The notes under the pieces are model-generated. The model had not been told where the DNA came from and made no database searches. It was given only the letters and a program-made list of their open reading frames with translations. Position numbers and translations under genes: made by a program. A stretch of 64,000 nucleotides of DNA from Tubiluchus corallicola (lineage: Eukaryota; Animalia; Priapulida): the NCBI GenBank assembly GCA_030141605.1, contig JAQGDQ010000059.1, forward strand, positions 1 through 64,000. Direction: 5' to 3'. Below, piece after piece: positions 12,519-23,865 of this stretch (position 1 is the first letter of the stretch; the number at the start of each line of letters is the position of its first letter).

Positions 12519-14431
12519 AGCAATAATAATAACTGAATTATAATTTTGTCTTGCTTTTTATGTTAAATTTATGTTTAAAATACTTATAATAAATGTAAAT
12601 AGCTAATGTGTATTGTACGTATAATATCTATAATATATATTATATTATATTATCTATACCTATTTATAGTATTTATAATATCTATGATATTAAAAGAAAT
12701 GTGAGCAATGTCACGAAAATATCGCTTATTTTCGTGGGGTTATTTGTGATCACCACCATTTTACTTCTCCCGCAGCATAACATAATTTTGAGACCTTTTA
12801 TATGAAAGTCTTCAAAAATCCAGTTTTGTATATGGGATTTTTTTACTCATTTGTTTTGTTCTCGATAACAAATTATTATTCGTCTTATTAATTGATTTAA
12901 TTTATTCATTAATAAATTGATTAACTTAGTTAAAGAAACTAAATTGACTTTTAGAGAGCGTATACTGTAGTCACGCGAAGACTATGCTGAGTATGTTCAG
13001 TTTATACCAAATTTACATTTTAACATTTTCAACACTTGTGCAAATACGAGTAAATGAAAGTATTTTGTTTAAAGGTTATCATACTTTAACTAGGCCCAAA
13101 TTTATAACACTTTTAATTAAATTGCATTTATCCGAACCACTTTTCTCATTTTTTACACCGAGATGGCTGACGTAAGTAATAACCACGGAAGACTTGCCAC
13201 CTCAATATGTACCAAGTAAACTCAATCTACCTTATCAAGCCTAAAACCTAATAAAATTGGCTAGGGTGTCTGTAGCAGTGTTTGCGCGAGTAAACAGCCA
13301 AATGATGCGTTTATGAGCATGAAATCAGCAGGGAATATGATAAAACTTGTGTACACACAGACTTGGGCATATGAAAAATCTGGTGCAAACTATTTGAAAT
13401 GAAGGTTTTTAAATCGGCATGGATATGAATACTGTGCTATATATTGCGATAACTATGAATTTTCAATTTTAACACGGTAGCTTTTGAGCTCCACGATTCC
13501 TGATGGTTCACGAACACAATATTGGCTTCCAAAACAGGAAGACAGGATTATTTTTCATATACTACCCCATTTTCAAGTAGGGTAAAAAGTATACATTTTA
13601 ACACAATTAATACTGCAAAAGCGTTTCTGATGATTAAATAATAGATTAAAAACTTAATTAATGGCATCGAGCCCAACTATTGATGACATCACAAACTGAC
13701 TAACTCTATAGAGGTCACTGGTTGTACTAAAACTAGGCAAGCTTTACGATAAAAATTCAAATTTCAAATTTACCGCTGTGCTTACGCGTGAGCTGTCGAA
13801 CTGAGAGGTACAACACCTATTTTTGTGCAATGCTTTCCGAAATGCATGCGCTAGTGCCCGTCTAACTAGCGAATGGCGAAATGCATGTAACAGCGAAGAG
13901 CTAGTGGCGCGAACGTGAAACTGTGTTTGTGTGGTAATAATTCTAAGTCAATCTGGAAAAAATAGCATGTTTCCTTTCAATATTTTAAAGAGTAGATTGT
14001 TTCGACCTACAGTTTAAAAACATTGGGTCCGGTTTTGCTTTAAGCGGGAGTTCGCAAAACAGACAAAAGAAAAAGTAAACAAGTATAAAATCAGTAGATA
14101 AAAAATACAAAGGTAAAATACAATAGCCAAAAAATCAAGGTAAATACATCAAAAGTAAAAAAAAAACTTAACAAAGGCAATGGTTAAAAAGAAAAATGAC
14201 CACATAAGTAACCGAAACGACAAAAACTGAAATGAAGAGATAAGTAAAAAAGGAAAGAGACAAAAGTATTAGAGTATAAATTTATTTTAAAAAGACCTTT
14301 ATTGAATAGGTGTCGGTGTAGAACGTGTAGTTCGGCGTTCCATTATTCCGGTCTCATACACCGCGCGTCGTCCACTGATTGATATAGCACGACTAGCGTA
14401 GAAAATTCAGCGTAAGGTAAAGAGCGCGCGC

Positions 14432-14434
<3 letters not shown>

Positions 14435-14512
<78 letters not shown>
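14435..14512. repeat. (GA)n microsatellite
   Basis: Direct reading. Confidence 0.97.
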
Positions 14513-14514
<2 letters not shown>

Positions 14515-16699
14515 TTGATTTTATTTGCTTAATTTCTTTATTTCAAACTTTCGTTCACATTAATACAATATTAAATGTATATAAGATAAAAATTCAGGAA
14601 AATACACAATACAGGCACACACAAGAGAGCAACGGACACTAACTTTATAATTGCATGTTGCTTAGGTAAGAGATATAAATAAAAAGCTAACTGTGGGACC
14701 CAAAGGTGAAACATGAACTAAAATAGAAAAAACAACAAAAGGGCGGAAAAAAGAATAAAGTTGTAAAGATCAATGGAAAAATGACACAAATTTAAAAAAT
14801 GTTTTAGTAACTTCTGCAGAGTGAACGAATTTTTCGAAACTGCTCTATTGTTATCTGTTTCACTATTTTAACGTTCTAGCGCCGTGGTATAGTGAAAAAA
14901 TTCTTCAGTCACATAATTTTGCTGAAACCTTAGTTCATTTAGAACTAGACTGGTCTGAAAATCACTATATGGTCTGTAACAATGGTCTTTGACTTATTGA
15001 CGTAACCAAGTAGCAGTTATAATGTAAATAAAGAATCTGTAAAACTTCGTTATTTGACAACTGTGATTCTATTCAAGGTCATGTGTGGTCAGATACTATA
15101 ATAATAGCTCTGTATAGACTCTTGCCTGAATTTCTGACCCCTAGACCACGACTAGTTCTACCTCTCTGCAACCATCAACTGCTCAATGCAGTTATGATTT
15201 CATTGCTTTAAACATGCGGGATGAGATATAAAACAATGTTAGCCCTCTTTTTTCCATTCACCTAGATAGATGTGGGCAGTTGCCCGACTCCACTGATAAA
15301 CCAAGGTCGCACATTTCCACTTCTAATTTTCATATGGTGAAATAAAGCTGTTTTTTCCAGCATTTCTGACTTCTGTATAAATATAATAAATGTTGATTTA
15401 TTACCTGGCGGAGCCAAGAAATGAAAATATTTGGCTGACAAACTTATTCACAGTAAACACACTCGAGATACTTGAAAATATATTACTCCTTTTATAGTGG
15501 TAATAATACTAGATCCATATCTAACTGAAAACTGATAAAGCTGATGGAAACAACACGTAGATGCTTATACACACCATGGCACTCACGTATACCATACATA
15601 CACACCTACATTTATGCTGGCATATAAATAAATAATAACTGAAAGGTGTTATTGTTGTATAAAATGCTTAAAATTGAAATATAGGGGAAATATACCCTGT
15701 ATGGTTTTATACGCGGCCACAAATAATTCCGTTTATAATGTCTTGTTGTATACTGAGGAAACACGACGTAATTACTACTCAAATGTTGTGTTTTGGTGAA
15801 ATATTGCATATTGTAAACTATAGTTTATAAACTATTTTATACGCCGTGGATGCATAAAATAGTACACAGCTATCATTATAGTTTAAACTGTAAAATATAT
15901 GAAACAACATGAAATGCAGAAAATTGGATGACCTCTTACATTTGGAAGCAAAGATAAGTATGGTAGGCCTATCTTTGCTGTGCTTATTAAAAATAAAGCC
16001 TCAAATAGAAAACTAAAAATATGGAGGCTGTACTCATCAGATTGACTTAGTACATAAATAATCTGTAGTATAAAATCATTTTATTTGTTATAAATAAAAG
16101 CAATACGTACATTCCAGAATGGGGCTTTTAGACCAAAAGCAGGAATTACAAAAACAGTTGTACACCGTGACACACAAATAAAATATGTAATCTGACAAAA
16201 TCTGGGTAAAACACTGTTTTATAACTTGATTATTACTTCTTATACCAGAGATCGAAACTTTTTTGACTGTCATGCTTAGTAGCACAATTACAAAATATAG
16301 CACGTTGTATTTTAAAGAAGATTTGCAAAATTTGCAGAGCGGTGAACAAGAAGCCATCCAGACAACAGTGTCGGGGACACGAAAAATGTGATACAAAAAA
16401 AACTATTTTCGTAACCTGTCTATATAAGAAATGTATGTAATTTATAAGAAAAGGTTACTTGTTGTCAAGTTCAATGCTCATTAGTTCAGAATGTTTGATC
16501 AGTTTGAATAGTACAGCAGAAAAATTTGCTGAGTTAAGAATTGCGAGCAATGAAAAAAACGAGCGTGCTAGACTCGAACGTTAAGATGTGAATCAGATTG
16601 ATTATTATGCTCAAAGTTTCAAACCAAATCATAATTAAAACAACTAAATTGAAATTAAGAAACCTTCGAAAAATAATAATTTAGTTTGGCCTGAAACTC

Positions 16700-17215
16700 G
16701 GCATTCACATTCGCAGCTCCCATGCAGGCGTACGCAATTTTTAGGGTCTTCTAAACCTTCTTCTTTAAGGTCTTTACCATACGCAATTTTGAAGGATCCA
16801 CACTTTCAGTGCTGGGAATGGCGCATGCTCAACGCGATCTCCGCCCGTAGATTCTAATAAACTCATAAAAGTTATGATTTGGCGTAATACATAGCTCAGT
16901 GGCGTCGTCTCGTCATGTGCTCCTTCATATCGTGTAGGACGAACAAATTCTTTCGTTTGCTTTCGTCCAATACCTATGCGAGTTTAATCTACCCCGCCCT
17001 CTAGCGGGCTGCACGCAAACTCTTGTCGGGCCTTTGTCGGCGAATTTACAACACTTCAGCTGCTACTTCAGCTAAATTAGCGGCGAGTAATAAACAAATG
17101 GCTGCCGTCCAGCGACGAAATGAACACCGGAAGTGCAGATAGCCGGACTGTCAGCCAGTTCCGATGTCTCACACCCGAGATTGAATAGACTGAAACCGCA
17201 CGTGCGCGGTTTCCT
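16700..17215. promoter_or_regulatory. Orphan CpG-rich, promoter/enhancer-like island ~7.5 kb upstream of Cdx
   Basis: High CpG density with GCGCATGC (NRF1-like), CCCCGCCC (Sp), CCGGAAGT (ETS), CACGTG (E-box) and TCATAAAAGTTATGA (imperfect Cdx dyad, 16863-16877). No ORF. Confidence 0.4.
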
Positions 17216-17660
17216 GAATTTACTACTGTGCAACGATTTCTGTAATTTTCAATCTAACATAATTGGATGGCTTCAACTATGACAATAGCTTGTAGCTGTA
17301 GGCCTAAATTTATAATTGCCGAAAGTTTGGAAACGCTCATAAATTAGTTGTCATTTTCGTAGTGCAAAATTTTTCAAAAAATACGGATCTCGTTTGCCTT
17401 CAATTTAAATGAATTAAATGTATTGACACTCACGGAGAATTATTGAGTGAAATAATTTTGAACACATTTCAATAGAATAACAGCTTCAATGTTAAAAGAT
17501 GTTATTGCCTCATGCAACAACTGTTTAGGCAAAACATTGTTTTCCTGCGTAATGATAATCTTATTGTTTTTAATACCTAAAAATTATTGAATATTTCACA
17601 CATTTCACCGCCTTCCCTCAAAGTTTTGGTGTTTATGCAGCTACAGGCACACAGCTTACA

Positions 17661-18010
17661 GGGGTTTTGGACCAGAGATTTTCGACAGAAACGTTTTGGA
17701 CATATGGGTTATTTGGATGCAAAACGATTTTGGACACAGAACATTTTGGATACGTAGGTTATGTTGACACAGGCCGTTTGGACACATTGGGTATTTAGAC
17801 ACTATGGGTTTTGGACACATAGGTCATTTAGACACTAGGTATTTTGGACATATAGGACATATGGACACAAAGTGATTTGGACACATAGGTTATTTAGACA
17901 CTAGTCTTAAGCTGATTTAGACACTAGTCTTAAGCTGTTTAGACACTGAGGTTTTTTGAAATATAAGACATTTGGACACTAGTGTTTTGCACACAGGACA
18001 TTTAGAAACG
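17661..18010. repeat. Degenerate minisatellite of a TTT(G/A)GACAC core at ~16-20 nt spacing
   Basis: Roughly 20 cores separated by short variable linkers. Includes an exact duplication of ATTTAGACACTAGTCTTAAGCTG (~17892-17937). Confidence 0.85.
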
Positions 18011-19752
18011 TAGAAATTCACTCTTTAGATGCAAAAGGTATCATTTGGATTCAATCGGGAAATCGTATCAATTAGCAACATTGGTTATTTAGTTATGCCC
18101 TGTTCTTGGAGATGGTTCAGTTTAAAGGTCCTATGTCACTATTTTTTATGTTATATTCTTTTATAGCGCAGGCGGAATTACATAAGTCTTAATTTATAGA
18201 ATAGTTTTGATGCATACTTTTATGTGATTTGGTAATTTAAATTAAGTGCTGTTGGTATTGCTATAGTAAGTGCTAAATTAAGTGCTATATTATCACCGGC
18301 ATATACCTCAAGAATTACACGCCAACCCTAAACCAGTTATTATTTACAACGACATTTTTCATGAACTCATATCGGATCACCCATCTAGTGGCATTCGCTT
18401 CAAATTGTTGCACAACTACATAAAGTCTACTAAGCGTTTTACTAATTCAATGTATATTGATATGTACAATGAATTGTAACCAGAGTATTTTGAATTTTGT
18501 ACTTTTGAATTAAACACCAGTTACTGAGCAATCATACTTTTGTACAACTTGTATATTTCAATTTTAAGTACGATTAACTAATGAATTACTTGTTTTTGAA
18601 CTAACTATCTATGTAACTATACTCTTGATAACCAGCTGTATATACCTGTTCTCAACTAAAATGCATTTGTTGTACAGCGGGAAAAATTCTGGTCAGTAAT
18701 ATTACCGCAAGTCGATCCACTTAAAATAAATAAAGTTTATATATATAAAAAACCATAGATCAAACAAATGATACATTATTTACAGTATTTTGAAAGATTC
18801 TTTTTCTCACCATCTCAAATCCAACGCCTCCACCATTAACCATTAACTGCAGTCTGCAAGTCAAAAAGTGCTGAAATATTAAGGGGTTTCATAGTATGCG
18901 GATATGCGGAAGCACTGACGGTAACTGCGGCAGGTGCGATCGACAGGGTACGGCGAGATTTCTTGCAGCCAGTAACTTTTCACGCTGAACAGAAAAATAT
19001 CTCTTACTAAAAACAAGGACCTACTAGAATGTAAACCTAGCAATACAGTGATGATGATGGTAAAACCACTGCATTAAATATTTAAAAAATGCATTCAATA
19101 AGGAGGGGAGAGCAATTAACACTAGCGCAGACTAGTGGTCACTGAATCCAATCCAAGACAATACACAAAGACATTTCACTAAAAACATTGTAATATTTGG
19201 ACATGTAGATTATTCCGAAGACAGGTGTATTATTCATAACAAAATTATTTGAAAGACACTAATATTAAAATGTGTCATAAAATTAGGTTATATTCATATT
19301 GAAAACGCTGTAAGTGCCCAATGATCATTTTACTATGGATTTGAATATCAAATCAAAATAGAGAAACTATAGAGGAATACTTGACACATTATGAGTTACC
19401 TAAAACAATACGTTGGTGTTTGTGTATAGATTTATAGGGCTGCTTAAAAAGGGTTCGGTGGTGGCGCGATCACCCTTGTTCCGGCATCCTTAGACGAGTC
19501 TTTCGTACAAGCTGACACTATAGCGACTTCTGAAATATTACTGCTGAAAATTTCATATTTAGTTGTACAGTTTTAAGCCAGCTTTAACAGCTACGCTTCA
19601 GTTTAGTTTCATTATCTCGAATGAGTCACCCCGCGGCACTACCTGATCCTCCACCGATATTAGTGAGACACTGTAACCACTTTTGCCCATGTTAGAAACA
19701 TTTAATGAGCAAATTTTGACGTTTTACATATACAGTATATTCGTTTATTACA

Positions 19753-19765
19753 TGTGTGATATATA

Positions 19766-19825
<60 letters not shown>

Positions 19826-19842
19826 ATTATATATCTCACATA
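19753..19842. repeat. AT-rich palindrome centred on (TA)n
   Basis: TGTGATATATAACCTTAT...(TA)n...ATAAGATTATATATCTCACA; the flanks are near-perfect reverse complements. Confidence 0.8.
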
Positions 19843-19899
19843 CATATTATGACACATCATTGCATATGTATATATAAAGTGTCATACGTATACTACTAA

Positions 19900-19930
<31 letters not shown>

Positions 19931-20339
19931 TTCTGAAACATAAAGCTCATTTTTGCACATACACAACGTTAACACATCAATGGGTAAATGCTATAATTTT
20001 ATGTTCAATCCAGTTAATCCATCAAAACCAATGCAAACCTTAGAAAACGAGAAAAACAGTTCAAGATATCTCTCATTTCACATTTGTTTTTTGTAGGGCG
20101 ATTTTGTGATAATGGTACATGGATTATAGATTGTACGATTATAGATTATAGATAGATTTATAGATTATAGAAAGTAGATCGTTGCAATTACTGTCTCTCA
20201 CCTCTAACTTCCTAATAGTACTATTGTAGGTAGAGTTAGGTAAATAAGACGCGAAGCTTGTATTCCAACTAAATCCGCTATTAAACATTCCAACTAGTAA
20301 AGCGCAGTCGAACACATTTTCCTTCACCTAGTAAGGGAA

Positions 20340-20820
20340 ATGTTGATTCTTCTCTACAAAGGCAAAAAGCTTTATGAACTGCTGATTTTTTCTTTCATGT
20401 GTTCTCTACCAGTATTTATTTTCCCAATCCTCGATCATCATAGCCCCAAGGTAGACGTACTTTTCTGCCTGGGTACAACCATGTTCTCATCAGTAACCAT
20501 AAACTGAGAACTGAGTTTACTAGCGTTCACATTTCGAATTTTTTTGTAGAATGATGACGCAGTTTTGAAGTTTAGCTGTGCCTGTGACCTACGTTAGCAT
20601 TTGTTCATCATACCTTCTTTGCTTTTACAATCCTCACTTTTCCTGTAGGGCTTGCTCAAAGTTTTATTCTTTGTGTTGAAGAGCCGATGGTCATAGGTTT
20701 TGCATTTGCTATGGATGATGCTGATTCCTCTGTAATTTGCGATTTATCTCCTAGCTGCAGAACACAAACTGACAACGTGCTGTTTTTCTTCAGGTCGACG
20801 AATGATGTCACTGGTGGAAA
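20340..20820 (-). mobile_element. Decayed non-LTR retrotransposon RT fragment
   Basis: Minus-strand remnants SFVDLKK (RT domain 3-like) and QAEKYVYLG (RT domain 7-like), interrupted by stops and frameshifts. Confidence 0.45.
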
Positions 20821-21429
20821 AATGGGCGTTCAAAATAGAAACACCCAAGCATGAAATGAAAGTTATTGCTTGTCACACTTTTATTAGTAAATCTTTCTAA
20901 CATCTTTCCTGTTGTTAATAGTATTGAACAATTGTTAAGAGTACTGAAATAAGCCTAACTTCCCTGAACGCTTGTTTTTAATATGCTGGAAAACAGCATT
21001 GTCAGCTGACAATAATGATCATGTTTACAATATTTCTAGCAAAATAACTGTAAGTCATTTAATGTCTAAAATTAACAAGCTAAAATGCCACCTAACGTAC
21101 TTTGTGCATGAACATACATTGCAACTCAACACGAATTGTACTGCGTAATTTTTGTTTAAATTATTGCTATGCAAGTTTCAAAATCCTTTACCTGCTTGTT
21201 TTGAATTAACCTCGCTTAACAATTTTCCACAAGAACAGTTTAATTTTGGCACATTATACAAAATTGTTTATTGCACGAATTATACACTACTTAAAACTAC
21301 ATAATTATAAAATCAGCAGTGCAAAATAAATGTACAACAATGGGTTTTGATTCAAAGATTTTACATGACAACCATATAAGGAGATAAAGTTTAAAAGAAT
21401 GATGTTAATGTACTAGTAACTGTGATGTC

Positions 21430-21495
21430 AACATGAACTTGACGTAAAAAATTAGCTAAGGCAACATGAACTTAACGTAAAAAATTAGCTAAGGC
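21430..21495. repeat. 33-bp tandem duplication in the presumed Dcp2 3' UTR
   Basis: CAACATGAACTT(G/A)ACGTAAAAAATTAGCTAAGG occurs twice. Confidence 0.9.
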
Positions 21496-21997
21496 ATCTC
21501 TTACAAAGCCAAAACTGTCGCAGACAAACTACTAAAATGGCAATGGTCTGTCAAACAACAATGAGTCTAGACTAAGGTATTCACAGACTGAATGAAACAA
21601 AACATCTTCGTGGCTGTAGGATACTCCGAAGTATATACGAGTTTATATTTAATTTTAATGACTCAAATCTGCAAGTTCTTCATCCATATCGTAATTAACA
21701 AATATCAACAAATGAAATAAATAAACAGCTTAGACAGCCTCAATATGGTACAATATATTTTCATCAAATGTCTGGATGCACAATATAGGAAGACTGCACG
21801 ATTATATACATAATCTTGATCACCTTTAAGTTTTCATCAACTGAAGAAGGCTTTACGAAGCATTTTGATATAAAACGTAACATACTATATAAAAGCTATT
21901 GATACACTCATTTATTTTATGTTCATATTTATTGACTCTATTTTTGAAAATGTTCCAGCTATCTGTCTCTACACATCATAAAAACATGGTTGTAGTT

Positions 21998-23649
21998 TCA
22001 CTCAAAACATGCCAATATTTTCTTCCTATCAAAGCAAAAGTTATCCCACGCTGCTGAACCAAAATCTGGATCTTGACCGCACACCTTTTTAAATGGACAT
22101 TTTTCGCTGGGACTTTTGAACTCACTCAACAGTGACTTCCGTGCTGCGTCGTTCTGTTCTGGTGGATTATTACTTCTGCTCAATATTTGTATATTATGCT
22201 GATTTTTGCTGATGTTCTGATTGCTTACAAAGTATGACTTGTAGCCACTGTTCAACATAGACTCTTTCCCAGTCTGCTTTTGGTTTTTATAGTTACTAGG
22301 AGATGCCGAACTTCCTCTAAGTGGTTTCACTGGGAGATACTCGCTGAGTTCATTCTGATTCTGCTGCTGGAAATATTGCTGCATCCTTTCTTTTTGCTTC
22401 TTCCTGTCAGCTTCGTCCATCGAGCGACTTCCTTGCCTTATTTTCGGCTTTCCCTTTGCAGAGCCACTAAGCTCATCCTCAGCTGAATTGCCCAAATACC
22501 TGGCCACCCATTTGCGCAAATTCTTCACAAATGGTATTACTGTGAAGAAACTATTTGCATTCAGTCCCAAATTGTTCTTAGGCGTCTGGTCTTTTTTATG
22601 AACAGGGAGATCATTTAATGCAAACCACTCTAAGCTCTTTATCTCCTGCCGAGTCTTTGGCTTAAACTCAGTGTCCTTTGGCACCCCAGGAATTATATAT
22701 AACCTAATTAACTGTTCGTTTAAATGATGTTCAAGGAAATCATTTTCATTAATCAATTCACTGATATCAAATCCAGTTTCTTCCTTGACTTCCCGAATAG
22801 CACAATTTGTTGGAGCTTCTTCTTCATTAACTTTGCCTTTAGGAAAGCCCCAGCTAACCTTTGCCCAATAACCTTGTACAAGGAGACAATATTCCAAAGT
22901 CTTGTCAAGTAAAATAGCTCCGTAAGTGGGTACCGACATCTTGTAACCCTTCCACTCTTCCAAGATATCTTCCACTGATCGCTCTTCTTCTTTTTCTATC
23001 AGAAATGGACAAGCTTTGAACACCTGCCGTGCAAATTGCTTCATACCAACAGGCTGCAAATTTTCATACTCTTGTAAACAATGGTCAAGGTAAAACCAGT
23101 GAGCCAACTCAATCTGAAATGAAAATTAAATAATAATCAATTTTCTATTAAATATAGTTCAATAACCAAATGTGGGCAAGTGTATCCCGAAAGTCATTCC
23201 TGCATACAATCATCACCACTGACATGTATTTGACAGGTTCTGCCAAAAAGACCTCAGTCGTCACTATAGAAGTTAATAATTTATAAATAGAAAAGTCAAT
23301 TTTGTGAGAAAATTGTTAGGCTACAACAGTTCCAATTACCCGACACACCTAGGAAACCCCATAGCATCACCATGGCAATCTGTGGCACTTTTTGTGTTTC
23401 ACTTAACACACAGAAATAGAACATCTTAAAAAGAGTTTAAGCAGTCACAAATAACACATAAAATATTGCATAATCCAGTTATAAAAAATACAATAGTACC
23501 TGAAAGCAAACTCGAATTACGTCACTTTTTTCTTCTTTGGGAACATTTATAACAAATCGTGTGCAAAGATCCATAAGTAAATCCTCAGGAATTTGATAGC
23601 TGAGTTTAGGAGATGCAGCCACTTCCGGAAACACTGATCCCGATTCCAT
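21998..23649 (-). CDS. DCP2: mRNA decapping enzyme 2 (Nudix hydrolase), 2 coding exons: 23649-23500 and 23113-21998, ~421 aa
   Basis: Exon 1 [10 protein letters not shown]...[32 protein letters not shown] splices (CAG|gtac...tttcag|ATT) to [10 protein letters not shown] (Box A). Then [10 protein letters not shown] and WGFPKGK, and an intact Nudix box [22 protein letters not shown]. Confidence 0.96.
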
Positions 23650-23865
23650 GCTGTTAAGGTTTCACAAATCGTACATAAGTGTACTATTGCAATTTTTAAT
23701 ATTGATATGGCAAATAAAAAATACCATTACTACAATATACTGTGTCAGTTAATTATAAAGACAATATCCTACAATATTCACAAAAAGGACAACAACCACA
23801 ACATATGTAACTATCCTTCCTGGGTTCAGTACGAAGTGTTTTTAACTAAACTTCACTTTTAAAAA

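Noticed and set aside
16925-16980. pre-miRNA hairpin
   Set aside because: The stem is only about 18 bp with bulges and I recognise no known miRNA seed; it would need small-RNA reads.
17661-18010. CRISPR-like array
   Set aside because: Core of ~9 nt and linkers of 7-12 nt are far too short, the linkers are related to each other, there are no cas genes and the context is eukaryotic.
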